Below, one piece after another: positions 55,108 to 64,000 of a stretch of DNA of 64,000 nucleotides. The notes under the pieces are model-generated. The model saw only the letters and a program-made list of their open reading frames with translations, ran no database searches and was not told the origin of the DNA. This DNA is from a bacterium. GTDB lineage: Bacteria; Patescibacteriota; UBA1384; CAILIB01. The stretch covers positions 386,039-450,038 of the forward strand of contig JBAXRQ010000001.1 of the NCBI GenBank assembly GCA_037131105.1, given 5' to 3'. Position 1 is the stretch's first letter. Every line of letters starts with the position of its first letter. Position numbers and translations under genes: made by a program.

Positions 55108-55537
55108 TTCCATTAAGGTCCTTCGTCTCGATCCTGAGCTTCCCCTACCTGCTTATCAGTCTGAGGGAGCGGCAGCTTTTGACCTGCGTTCAAGGGAGTC
55201 AGTTGAAATAGCTCCTCGTACCCATGCCAAGGTGCCGCTTGGTGTCGCTATGCGTCTGCCTGAAGGGCACTTTGCCGTGCTTGCGGTGCGGAGCTCGTTG
55301 CATAAGCGGGGACTGATGGCTGCCAACGGGGTCGGCATAGTGGATCAGGACTACTGTGGTGACGAGGATGAATATACGGCGATCCTCTATAATTTCACTG
55401 ACGAACCGGCTAGGATTGATAAGGGCGAGCGTATCATGCAGGTGGTGCCTCTTGCCTTCGCCCAGCATTCGTTTGAAGAAGTAACGAGTCTGTCGGCCGC
55501 TTCCCGCGGCGGCTTCGGTACTACTGGCAACCAGTAA
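55091..55537 (+). CDS. dut: dUTP diphosphatase
   Basis: dUTPase motifs: AAFDLRS, VLAVRSSL, GVGIVDQDYCGD, and a C-terminal RGGFG. Confidence 0.85.
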   Translation: MAAAPDSIKVLRLDPELPLPAYQSEGAAAFDLRSRESVEIAPRTHAKVPLGVAMRLPEGHFAVLAVRSSLHKRGLMAANGVGIVDQDYCGDEDEYTAILYNFTDEPARIDKGERIMQVVPLAFAQHSFEEVTSLSAASRGGFGTTGNQ

Positions 55538-55546
55538 TCACTTAGC

Positions 55547-56752
55547 ATGTCATACACGCCTCCCCAGGAGATCCTGGAAAAATACGCCGATCTGCTCATA
55601 AACTTCGCTTTGGGCAACTGCAAAGGGATAAAGCCGGGAGACGTGGTCTGGATGCGGCTGCACGAGTCGGCCAAGCCGTTTTATGCGCCGCTTCGCAATG
55701 CCATCCTCAAGGCCGGAGGCCATCCTCTGATCCAGTATTATCCTGACGGGGTGGGTGCTGCTGAAGAGTATGATCTTTCCAGTCCCAAGCAGCTAGAGTT
55801 TGGCTTTGACAAGTACTACGGTGGCATCATTGAGCAGGTGGATCACATGGTCTATGTGATCTCTGAGGCCGACAAGTACGAGTTGCAGGATGTCGAGCCT
55901 TCCCGGATTATTACCAAAAACAACGCTCTGCGCTCATATATGAAGCAGCGCAACGCCAAGGAGTCAGCTGGTAAGTTTACCTGGACCATTGGCATGTACG
56001 GGACACCGGCTATGGCGGCTGATGTAGGCCTTTCTGAGGAGGAGTATTGGGGCCAGATCATCAAGGCCTGCTACCTCGATGCTGTCGACCCTAAGGTTGA
56101 GTGGAAGCGGGTAACCGAGGAGATCGAGCGGGTCCGTGAGGCTCTGAACGCTCTTTCTATCCAGAAACTGCATGTGGAGGGAGAGCATATCGACCTCTGG
56201 GTTGGTCTGGGTGCTAACCGACAGTGGCTGGGTGGCTCAGGTGCCAATATTCCCAGCTTCGAGCTGTTTGTATCCCCAGACTGGCGACAGACCAACGGCG
56301 AAATATTCTTCAACCAGCCTCTCTACCGGTATGGCAATAGCATCGAAGGCATCAAGCTTCGCTTCAAGGATGGCGTGGTGGTGGAGTCTAGTGCTACTAA
56401 GGGCGAGGCACTTCTGAAAGAATTGCTGGCTACTGAGAACGCTGACAAGATAGGCGAATACTCGCTAACCGATGGAAGTCTTTCCCGGATTACCCATCTC
56501 ATGGGAGAGACCCTGTACGATGAGAATATGGGCGGCACTGAAGGAAATACCCACTTGGCGGTAGGGAACGCTTACCAGAGCTCATACACTAGTGATCCGA
56601 GTACTGTTACCGACCAGCAGTGGAAGGACTGGGGCTACAACCAGTCACAGGAGCATACCGACATCATCTCAACCGAGAAGCGCACGGTCACGGCCATTCT
56701 TCCCGACGGCAGCGAAAAGATTATCTACAGCGACGGACATTTTACCCTCTAG
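55547..56752 (+). CDS. M29-family aminopeptidase (AmpS/PepS-like)
   Basis: A conserved M29 N-terminus (LEKYADLLINFALG..KPGDVV) and a C-terminal metal-ligand region. Confidence 0.65.
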   Translation: MSYTPPQEILEKYADLLINFALGNCKGIKPGDVVWMRLHESAKPFYAPLRNAILKAGGHPLIQYYPDGVGAAEEYDLSSPKQLEFGFDKYYGGIIEQVDHMVYVISEADKYELQDVEPSRIITKNNALRSYMKQRNAKESAGKFTWTIGMYGTPAMAADVGLSEEEYWGQIIKACYLDAVDPKVEWKRVTEEIERVREALNALSIQKLHVEGEHIDLWVGLGANRQWLGGSGANIPSFELFVSPDWRQTNGEIFFNQPLYRYGNSIEGIKLRFKDGVVVESSATKGEALLKELLATENADKIGEYSLTDGSLSRITHLMGETLYDENMGGTEGNTHLAVGNAYQSSYTSDPSTVTDQQWKDWGYNQSQEHTDIISTEKRTVTAILPDGSEKIIYSDGHFTL

Positions 56753-56787
56753 TGAGTCTTAAGACTCTCTATTGAGAGAGGTAAGGT

Positions 56788-57822
56788 CTAGGCTTCGCTC
56801 TGGCGTTGCCAGGAGCGGTATATGAGCTCAAGTCCGACGATACCGAGTGCGATCATGGTGGGGCCGAGTACTATGCCAATGGCGCCAAACTGGCTGACTC
56901 CTCCCAGTACTCCTAGCAGGATGAGGAAGGGGTGTAGGTGGGCACGCCGCTCTATGAGGACCGGGCCGACATAGTGGTCGAAGATGATGACCTGGGCCAA
57001 TGCCCAGCTGGCTATGCCGATGGCTGCCGTGGTATTGCCCTGGATGAGTTCAAAGAGTACTACCGGTACCCAGATAAGGGCTGATCCAATGCTTGGCACT
57101 AGGGAGGTTACTCCATAGAGTATGCCCAGCAGTACTGGGGTGGAAAGTCCGAAGACGTAGAATCCTAGACAGCTGGTAGCGGCTTGGATAAACAGCATTA
57201 CTACGTTGCCGAGTACCGTCGCTCGCACTACTTCGCGGGCCCGGTCGATGATGTGCTTGGTGTCCTTTTTGTCCAAGGGGCTGTATTTGAGAACTACGGC
57301 TTGGAACTCCTGCTGACTTTGCAGCATGTAGAAGGCGGTTACAATGGCGAGGAAAGCACTGATCAGTGTGGCTACTAGGCTGCCAACCAAAAGGGAAGCA
57401 TGTGCGCTTATCAGGTCTATAAGAGGGGAAGTATACTGGTGGAGATCGATGGCTCCTGAAAAACCGAGTCGGCCGGCGGTGTCATTTACCAGCTGGTTCA
57501 GACGGTCGAAAGAGTAGGTGTGGCTAGTCAGTAGGCTGTTTAAGGTGCTGGTTTCCCGAAGAACCGAGGCGGCGATGGCAGCCAAGGGCACGAGGGTGAT
57601 AGTCAGAGCCACCAGCACGGTGATAAGGGCGGCAAGTCCGGGAAGCCGCACTACTCTCAGGATGGCGCGGTAGAGAGGACGGCTTAAGGTGCTGATGATG
57701 ACGCCAGTGATGATCGGCAGGAGCATCGGCCCGAGCAGAAGGAAAATCCCGTAGGCTAGGACGCTGGCGATAGCCAGGTTGACGAGGGAGCGGATAAGGG
57801 TAGCCTGCTGCTGTTCAGCCAT
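56788..57822 (-). CDS. AI-2E family transporter (PerM/YdiK-like)
   Basis: A 7-8 TM topology with the conserved AI-2E family core. Confidence 0.65.
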   Translation of the reverse strand: MAEQQQATLIRSLVNLAIASVLAYGIFLLLGPMLLPIITGVIISTLSRPLYRAILRVVRLPGLAALITVLVALTITLVPLAAIAASVLRETSTLNSLLTSHTYSFDRLNQLVNDTAGRLGFSGAIDLHQYTSPLIDLISAHASLLVGSLVATLISAFLAIVTAFYMLQSQQEFQAVVLKYSPLDKKDTKHIIDRAREVVRATVLGNVVMLFIQAATSCLGFYVFGLSTPVLLGILYGVTSLVPSIGSALIWVPVVLFELIQGNTTAAIGIASWALAQVIIFDHYVGPVLIERRAHLHPFLILLGVLGGVSQFGAIGIVLGPTMIALGIVGLELIYRSWQRQSEA

Positions 57823-58435
57823 TGGTCTGACCTTTATTCTTTTTTCGCTTTTGGTTGCCTAGGTGGCCGAGGGTGGGAAGAAGGGAGGCGACGATGATCA
57901 GCCCAACTATGGGAAGAATGTAGTGGTCGATGTTTGGAACGGCTGAGCCAAGGGTGTAGCCAGCCAGGCTGATGCTAAACACCCAGAGTAGGCCGCCGAT
58001 GACGTTATAGAAAAGGAAGGTCTTATATGGCATCTCGGCGATGCCGGCGATGATAGGGGCAAAGCAGCGGACGAATGGCACGAACCTGGCAAGTACTATA
58101 GTCTTCTTGCCGTACTGCTCGTAGAACTCGTGGGCCTTCTCAAGGTTCTCCTTCTTGAAGAGATGTGAATTTGGCCGATTGAAGAGGGCGGGACCAAAAC
58201 GCCGACCGGTCGCGTAGCCCACTGAGTCTCCTAATATGGCGGCGGCACTGGCCACAACTAGAAGAAGGAGGATGTCCAGCCTACCCTGGGAGGCCAGTAG
58301 CCCTAGTGTAAAGAGGAAGCTGTCGCCGGGAAGGAAAAAACCGATGATGATGCCTGACTCCGCGAAAATAATGGCAAAGATAAGGACGAATCCGATGAGG
58401 TAGCCTGCCTGGAGAATGAGACTAGTGTATGACAT
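57815..58435 (-). CDS. DedA/SNARE-associated (TVP38) family membrane protein
   Basis: FLPGDSF..., G..R.FG. and LARFVPFVR motifs. Confidence 0.7.
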   Translation of the reverse strand: MSYTSLILQAGYLIGFVLIFAIIFAESGIIIGFFLPGDSFLFTLGLLASQGRLDILLLLVVASAAAILGDSVGYATGRRFGPALFNRPNSHLFKKENLEKAHEFYEQYGKKTIVLARFVPFVRCFAPIIAGIAEMPYKTFLFYNVIGGLLWVFSISLAGYTLGSAVPNIDHYILPIVGLIIVASLLPTLGHLGNQKRKKNKGQTNG

Positions 58436-58458
58436 GCCGTAAGTATAGCAGAGCCGTC

Positions 58459-59532
58459 CTACTCCTGGCGAGTGGCGGGAAGAAGTAATGCCTCGACCTC
58501 TGCTAATCCGTTGACTCGCATGAGGGAAGTGCGCAGCTCCTTGGCGCCTTCGAAGCCTTTGACATAGTCCAGAAGGTGTTTGCGCATTCTGACGAAGGCG
58601 GCGGGGGGAAAGGCCGCATCGAATAACCGGGCATGCTCCAGGGCGACCTGAAGTCGCTGAGTGAGGCTGGCGTTCTCGCCGGTGAATACCCAGGGATTTC
58701 CCTGGCTGGCCCTGCCTATTAGTACGCCGTCGACCCCGTATATCGATATCTTCTCATGGGCGTCGGCTAGACTGCTAATGTCACCGTTTCCCAGAATCAA
58801 GGTGGGGGTCTGACGTACTAAGGTGGCTGCCTTTCCTATGGATTCCCAGTCGGCATCGCCAGTGTAGAGCTGCTTCAGAGTGCGCCCATGCAGAGAAATG
58901 GCTGCCGGCTTCGACTCAAGTAGATGTGATATCCAGGTCTCTACCACTGGCTGGTGGTATCCCATGCGAGTCTTTACAGAGACAGGGCGGGCGGACGGAC
59001 GCTCATCAGCAATTCCTAGTCGGTGACGTCGGAGGTTGATTTCAGGTAAAAGGGATTCAGTAACCCCAGCTTCCTCTAGGGTGATTCCATCGGTCCAGGC
59101 CTTGGCGCCTGCTTTTGCGCGTTCAATGATGTGACTAGCCCGTTCAGGATCAAGGATGAGTGCGGCTCCAGCTCCGTGACTGGTCACGTTTTTAGCAGGA
59201 CAGCCCATGTTTATGTCGATGCCGTCGAAGCCCAGGGCAGAGGCAACTACTGCTGCCAGGAAGAAGGCCTCAGGATCGGCACCGAATAGCTGGGCGACTA
59301 CCGGCCTCTCAAGAGGATCGTAGAGGAAGTCATCCAGTAGACGGGTGGCGCCGGCCCGGATACCTTCTACTGAGGTGAATTCAGTGACGGTGAGAGCTGG
59401 ATGTCCGTAGCGGGCGGTAATCAGACGGTAAGGTGCGTCGGTGACGCCGTCCATGGGGGAGAGCCCGATGATGGGAAATTCTAGTTGACCCCAAAAGCCG
59501 CTGTCGGCACGGGGGAGAGGGGTTCTTGGCAC
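58459..59532 (-). CDS. tRNA-dihydrouridine synthase
   Basis: PMDGVTDAPYR, the TEF..EG. motif, and the FGFDGIDINMGCP active-site Cys. Confidence 0.8.
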   Translation of the reverse strand: MPRTPLPRADSGFWGQLEFPIIGLSPMDGVTDAPYRLITARYGHPALTVTEFTSVEGIRAGATRLLDDFLYDPLERPVVAQLFGADPEAFFLAAVVASALGFDGIDINMGCPAKNVTSHGAGAALILDPERASHIIERAKAGAKAWTDGITLEEAGVTESLLPEINLRRHRLGIADERPSARPVSVKTRMGYHQPVVETWISHLLESKPAAISLHGRTLKQLYTGDADWESIGKAATLVRQTPTLILGNGDISSLADAHEKISIYGVDGVLIGRASQGNPWVFTGENASLTQRLQVALEHARLFDAAFPPAAFVRMRKHLLDYVKGFEGAKELRTSLMRVNGLAEVEALLLPATRQE

Positions 59533-59584
59533 TGAAAAAAGTTGTTACAATAGGAATATCAATAGTAGCAGATAATTTCACCTG

Positions 59585-59878
59585 ATGCCTAAGTCTTCTC
59601 ACGTCGACAAGGACTTCACTGACTTCGAGAGTCCGCACGAAGCTAGTGTCGATCGACTGATAAAGGCGGTAGACCGGGCTTACCATCGCCCTTGGCTGAT
59701 GATGTGGCGCAGTTTTTTACAAGGCATGATGGCCGCAGTAGGCGCCATGTTCGGAACTGCCGTCGTGGCCGTCGGCCTTGTCTACCTGTTCCAAGCGTTG
59801 GGGGGCATCTCCCTTCTGAAGCCGTTTACCGACAGTATAGTCCAAAGTATTGACGCCCGTACCGGTGTCTCCAAATAG
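59585..59878 (+). CDS. Small membrane protein (hypothetical)
   Basis: A 97-aa ORF with one central TM helix. Confidence 0.35.
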   Translation: MPKSSHVDKDFTDFESPHEASVDRLIKAVDRAYHRPWLMMWRSFLQGMMAAVGAMFGTAVVAVGLVYLFQALGGISLLKPFTDSIVQSIDARTGVSK

Positions 59879-59902
59879 AATCTAATCCCTTAGGTTCTTG
59901 CC

Positions 59903-61378
59903 ATGTCCTCCCATCCCACCACTATTTTGCTTTTCGGAGCTACCGGCGACCTGTCTCAGCATAAGCTGTTTCCTGCCTTGGTTAGGTTAGCTGACGATGT
60001 ACGAACCGAGCCGGGCCTTAGCATCATTGCTGTCGGCCGTCGTCCTTATGAGCGCAGTGACTTTCAGGACCAGGTACGAGCCAGCCTAGTAGAGGCGGGT
60101 GACTTTGACGAGGCGACCTGGCCTGGTTTTGCTGAGAGGATACAGTATTACCGGATGGACTTTACCGATTCCGGTTCGTATGAGGGTCTAAGGGACTTTC
60201 TGCTTGCTCAAGAGGAGTCCAAGGGTACCTGCCAGCGGGTATTCTATCTAGCAGTATCGCCTGAAACCTATGCTACGGTTATAGACTCGCTGGCGGAAAG
60301 CCGACTACATACGGCCGGAGATCCTTGCTGGAGCCGCATAGTCATTGAAAAGCCCTTCGGTACCGACCAGGCCAGCGCGCAGGACCTGGACAGAAGGATC
60401 GCCGCCCATTTCACAGAAGACCAGGTCTACCGTATCGATCATTACCTGGGTAAGGAGACCGTGCAAAACCTCCTGGCCTTCAGGTTTGCTAACCGCATTA
60501 TGGAGCCAATGTGGTCAGGAAAGCACATTGACCATGTTCAGATCACCGTTGCCGAGGAGGACGGCATCCGGCAGCGGGGGGCTTACTATGACCAGGCCGG
60601 GGCCTTCAGGGACTTTGTACAGAACCATATTCTGCAGCTGCTTTCCTTTATTGCCGTCGAGGAGCCTTCTGAGTTCTCCTTCGCAGAGCTTTCCGACAGG
60701 AAACAGGAGGTACTTTCGCAGCTACGGATAGATCCCGAGCGCCTGGTTTTCGGTCAGTATGCGGGATATCTTGATGAGTCTAAGGTGTCGCCAGATAGCC
60801 AGACGGAGACCTTTGCCATGGCATGTTTCTTTATAGACAATGAGCGCTGGAAGGGAGTGCCGTTCTATGTACGTACCGGTAAGCGACTTGCTCGCAAGAT
60901 CACTGAGGTTTCCATCCAGTTTAAGCCGGTCGAGCGCCCTCTGTTCCAGAACGTTGATAGCAGCTATGATAGCAATCTACTGACCTTCCGCATCCAGCCT
61001 GACGAAGGTATCAGTCTACGTCTTGCCGCCAAGACTCCCCGCGAACGTATGCAGGTGGAATCAGTACGGATGGAGTTCTGTTATTCAGCCAGCTTTCCAG
61101 CCCGTCTTCCCGACGCCTACGAACTGGTGTTCCAGGACGTGTTGGAGGGGGAGCAGATTCACAGTCTTCGAGCCGACACGATTGAAGAGAGTTGGAGAAT
61201 AGTCGACCAGATTCTTGCCCGGAAGAACTCCCTGCCACTGCATACGTATGCGGCAGAAGGATGGGGGCCTGAAGAGGCCGACCGAATCATGGAGCGGGAC
61301 GGACGACGCTGGCTGGCCCATGAGAGCCAGGTTTGCAACGGAGTCACCGTAGAGTCGGGATACACAAGCAACAACTAA
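59903..61378 (+). CDS. zwf: Glucose-6-phosphate 1-dehydrogenase
   Basis: GATGDLSQHKL NADP motif, RIDHYLGKE active site, and EKPFGTD. Confidence 0.9.
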   Translation: MSSHPTTILLFGATGDLSQHKLFPALVRLADDVRTEPGLSIIAVGRRPYERSDFQDQVRASLVEAGDFDEATWPGFAERIQYYRMDFTDSGSYEGLRDFLLAQEESKGTCQRVFYLAVSPETYATVIDSLAESRLHTAGDPCWSRIVIEKPFGTDQASAQDLDRRIAAHFTEDQVYRIDHYLGKETVQNLLAFRFANRIMEPMWSGKHIDHVQITVAEEDGIRQRGAYYDQAGAFRDFVQNHILQLLSFIAVEEPSEFSFAELSDRKQEVLSQLRIDPERLVFGQYAGYLDESKVSPDSQTETFAMACFFIDNERWKGVPFYVRTGKRLARKITEVSIQFKPVERPLFQNVDSSYDSNLLTFRIQPDEGISLRLAAKTPRERMQVESVRMEFCYSASFPARLPDAYELVFQDVLEGEQIHSLRADTIEESWRIVDQILARKNSLPLHTYAAEGWGPEEADRIMERDGRRWLAHESQVCNGVTVESGYTSNN

Positions 61379-61388
61379 CGAATTACCT

Positions 61389-62306
61389 ATGGACGTAGCT
61401 ATAGTTGGTCTTGGTAGAATGGGTTCCGGCGTCGCGAAGCGCCTGTTGGACGGCGGCCACGCGGTAAGGGTCTATAACCGCACAGCCAGTAAGAGTGATG
61501 AGCTGGCCAAGCAGGGGGCAACTGCGCTATCCAGTCTTCAGGAACTAGTGAAGGCCCTGCCTGCCCCGCGTACTATATGGATGTACCTACCTTCCGGCGA
61601 GACTACCCGCGAGCATGCCGATGAGCTACTGGGTTATATGGAGAAGGGTGACGTCCTGATCGATGGTGGAAACAGTAACTTTCAGATGACTCTGTCACTC
61701 TCTGAGGCCGCTCTGAAGAAGGGGGTGACCCTTCTTGATGTCGGTACCAGTGGCGGCTTAGCCGGAAAAGATGAGGGCTACTGCCTGATGATTGGCGGTG
61801 ACAAGTCCTCAGTGGAGCGCCTGGCCTCCCTATGGGGATCGGTAGCTCAGAAGGAGGGCTACCAGTGGGTGGGACCTTCGGCCAGCGGTCATTATGTGAA
61901 GATGGTTCACAATGCCATCGAGTACGGCATGATGCAGGCGTATGCAGAGGGAATGGAATTGCTCGCATCTAGCCAGTTTGGCAAGGATCTTGATCTGGCC
62001 GCCGTTACCGAAGTATGGCAGCACGGCAGCATTATTAGATCGTATATAGGGCAGCTACTTAACGAGGCAATGGAAGAGGATAGCTCGCTTTCCACTATCG
62101 GCGCCCGGATCGATGATAATGGTGAGGGTCGCTGGAGTATTGAAGAAGGACTGCGACTCGGGGTCCCTACTCCCGTCATTACCGCCTCACTCTATGCTCG
62201 CTATCAGTCGCGTATTCAGAACAGCTATGCGTATCGGGTGGCCGCGGTGATCCGTCATAAGTTTGGTGGTCACGCTCTGGCTCCCGCTACAGAAACCACC
62301 CGATAA
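61389..62306 (+). CDS. gnd: 6-phosphogluconate dehydrogenase, decarboxylating (short YqeC/Gnd-like form)
   Basis: GLGRMGSGVAKRL Rossmann, and the MVHNAIEYGMMQAYAEG catalytic region. Confidence 0.8.
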   Translation: MDVAIVGLGRMGSGVAKRLLDGGHAVRVYNRTASKSDELAKQGATALSSLQELVKALPAPRTIWMYLPSGETTREHADELLGYMEKGDVLIDGGNSNFQMTLSLSEAALKKGVTLLDVGTSGGLAGKDEGYCLMIGGDKSSVERLASLWGSVAQKEGYQWVGPSASGHYVKMVHNAIEYGMMQAYAEGMELLASSQFGKDLDLAAVTEVWQHGSIIRSYIGQLLNEAMEEDSSLSTIGARIDDNGEGRWSIEEGLRLGVPTPVITASLYARYQSRIQNSYAYRVAAVIRHKFGGHALAPATETTR

Positions 62307-62315
62307 CTTATCACG

Positions 62316-63311
62316 ATGCTATCTTTTCTACGAACCAGCCGCATCGCCCTCGTCGGGGTTGCTCTCACGCTTTTGGGGTCTAGCCTGCTTATATCAGCCC
62401 CCGTTCTGGCTAGCCAGGCACGCCAAGTAGACGCTACCTATCGTATTGAGAAGGGTCAAACAGTCACTGGTAACCTGTATCTTAACGCCAGCGACGTAGT
62501 CATTGACGGAACCTTAAACGGTGACCTTGTTGCGGCTGCCAAGAGCATTACCATCAATGGTACGGTGACTGGAAGCCTTTTGGCTGCTTCACCTGATATT
62601 ACGGTGAACGGAACGGTTGAGGGGAGTGTGCGGACCCTTAGTCAGCATCTTATCCTGGCAGGAACCGTGGGGACCGATGTGACAGCAGTTTCCGACCGTC
62701 TGGAAGAGAGAAAGACGGCTGTCATCGGTGACAGCCTGTATTTTGTGGGTAATACAGTGCAGGCTGATGGTCAGATAAAGGGAGACAGGCGTACATTTCT
62801 CAGTAGTGACCTGCCAGCTCCTACCTTGGCCGAGGAGCTCTATGCCGCCGCGATGGCATTCTTGGGCCTGGCGCTGCTTGGGCTGGTGGTCTACTCGCTT
62901 GAGCCGCAGTCTGAGACCCGGGCCATTCATGACCGGTTGAAGGCTGACTTCTGGAAGAGTCTACTGGTGGGGGTGGGAGCTATTCTGCTTGGACCGATAG
63001 CCGTAGTACTGCTTTTGATCTCAAGTATCGGTCGACCTCTGGGAATACTCTTGCTAGCAGGTCTTGTTACCTTTTTGACACTGGGACTTGCTGATGCCGC
63101 CTTTTTCATCGGGAGGCTGGTCTTGTTCCGGGTGGCGGTATCACCTCGCTATGAGTCAGGAGTATTTCTCCTGGGCGCACTTCTGATTATTATCCTGTCT
63201 AACCTCGGCCTTGTGTTGGTGGCAAGCCTCATAATCGCTGCAGCTTTAGGAAACAGGCTACTTGGACTGGGTCTGAAATGGCAGCTGCCCTTAACGTCCC
63301 GCCGTGGATAA
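62316..63311 (+). CDS. Membrane protein with an extracytoplasmic bactofilin-like (DUF583 beta-helix) repeat domain
   Basis: A signal/anchor, then repeated (I/V)xGxVxG(D/S)L turns, then four C-terminal TM helices. Confidence 0.45.
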   Translation: MLSFLRTSRIALVGVALTLLGSSLLISAPVLASQARQVDATYRIEKGQTVTGNLYLNASDVVIDGTLNGDLVAAAKSITINGTVTGSLLAASPDITVNGTVEGSVRTLSQHLILAGTVGTDVTAVSDRLEERKTAVIGDSLYFVGNTVQADGQIKGDRRTFLSSDLPAPTLAEELYAAAMAFLGLALLGLVVYSLEPQSETRAIHDRLKADFWKSLLVGVGAILLGPIAVVLLLISSIGRPLGILLLAGLVTFLTLGLADAAFFIGRLVLFRVAVSPRYESGVFLLGALLIIILSNLGLVLVASLIIAAALGNRLLGLGLKWQLPLTSRRG

Positions 63312-63312
63312 T

Positions 63313-64000
63313 GTGGCGACAGAAACCCGTCAAAGACGTACCCTGGATCCCCAGCATCCTTTGAAGGGTGTGAGCTGGAATCTGCTCGTCTCATTGGTCA
63401 TTCTGGGTGCAGTGGTCGCCTACTATATAAAACACTATGGGGTGGGGACTCAGGTGATCACTACGTTTCTTTCGGTTCCACCCTATCTGGTAGTGGGGAT
63501 GCTTCTCACCCAGATCCTGTACGTTGTCATTCAGGGAGGGTTCTTCAGGAGTTTGTACCAGGCGCTAAGTCAGAGGCGCAGCCTCCTATTCTCCTCGTCA
63601 CTGTTTCTTAGCATGAACCTGGTAAATACGGTGGCGCCGGTGGTCGGTCTTTCGGGCTCATATTTCATGGTCAGCTTTGAGCGCCAACGGGGCATGAGTC
63701 GCTCTGTAAGTGTACTCATCAACTTCCTCTATTATCTCATCGACTACGTGGTCTTCTTACTGGTACTGGTGGTCGGGCTGTGGATGCTGCTCTTGTGGGG
63801 CAAGATAACCAGTACCATACTGATAACCTCGCTGGTTTTTACGGTGTTTGTGGCAGCCTTTGTCTGTGCGGGCCTTATCCTCCTCTCGCATCCTACTGCC
63901 CTGCGCAGGCTTCTGGGTTGGATTAGTCGAGTGGGAGGACGCTTCAGCTATCGAAAGCGCCCCATCTATGCGGGAGCCAAGGTTAGTCGCTTTGTTGAAA
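63313..64000 (+). CDS. Flippase-like / lysylphosphatidylglycerol-synthase TM-domain (UPF0104) protein, 3'-truncated by the window edge
   Basis: The frame is open from a GTG at 63313 to the window end and is not in the ORF track. Multiple TM helices (..LVSLVILGAVVAYYIKHYG.., ..LINFLYYLIDYVVFLLVLVVGLWMLLLWG..). Confidence 0.45.
   Translation, partial: MATETRQRRTLDPQHPLKGVSWNLLVSLVILGAVVAYYIKHYGVGTQVITTFLSVPPYLVVGMLLTQILYVVIQGGFFRSLYQALSQRRSLLFSSSLFLSMNLVNTVAPVVGLSGSYFMVSFERQRGMSRSVSVLINFLYYLIDYVVFLLVLVVGLWMLLLWGKITSTILITSLVFTVFVAAFVCAGLILLSHPTALRRLLGWISRVGGRFSYRKRPIYAGAKVSRFVE

Noticed and set aside
1-64000. Search for CRISPR arrays, tRNA/rRNA genes and IS/transposase/integrase genes
   Set aside because: I saw no spaced direct-repeat array, no tRNA T-arm or acceptor signatures in intergenic regions, and no DDE, tyrosine or serine recombinase-like ORFs. 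The only repeats are the duplicated terminator block, short Pro/Thr-codon microrepeats in the FMN-binding protein gene (about 25660-25760) and CAG-rich coiled-coil codons (about 17040-17650). These are compositional, not mobile or CRISPR elements.

Overview
This is a densely coded bacterial chromosomal window of roughly 75 genes on both strands. It looks moderately GC-rich by eye; I did not compute GC. I found no rRNA, tRNA, CRISPR array, transposase or integrase.

From 5' to 3' the window contains:
- The tail of a type I restriction-modification locus (hsdS cut by the window edge, then hsdR), followed by a NYN-domain protein.
- A stand-alone PafA/Dop-family (Pup-ligase-like) gene that has its own promoter and sits between two near-identical intrinsic terminators.
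- A translationally coupled cyoABCDE quinol-oxidase/heme O synthase operon.
- A GC-rich secreted protein with a textbook sigma70 promoter.
- An orphan EgtD-like histidine methyltransferase and a roughly 700-bp stretch with no ORFs.
- trhO, a DUF1697 gene, and a coiled-coil plus C39-like peptidase (PcsB-like) secreted protein that looks leaderless.
- A GIY-YIG gene, an MsbA-like ABC exporter followed by an Ig-like-repeat surface protein, and a triple YbjQ/DUF74 fusion.
- msrB and msrA next to an extracytosolic flavinylation module (FMN-binding protein, ApbE, and a NOX-like membrane flavoreductase).
- AlkD next to a divergent Nfo-like TIM-barrel gene, and a frameshifted T4SS-pilin-like gene.
- clpC with a palindromic operator in its promoter, TfoX, and a family II pyrophosphatase.
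- A carotenoid cluster (crtI-crtE-crtB divergent from two small cyclase subunits plus a UbiA prenyltransferase, which fits a C50 pathway).
- A DEAD-box helicase, a NUDIX-rich cluster including a riboflavin kinase-NUDIX fusion, nrdAB, zwf and gnd.

The taxonomic origin cannot be proven from this window alone. The cyoABCDE operon, the sortase-like motif, the T4SS-pilin-like gene and the small-genome housekeeping set fit a Saccharibacteria/Patescibacteria-like or other Gram-positive-type lineage.

All product calls are from my reading of motifs and remembered family signatures. No database search was run.
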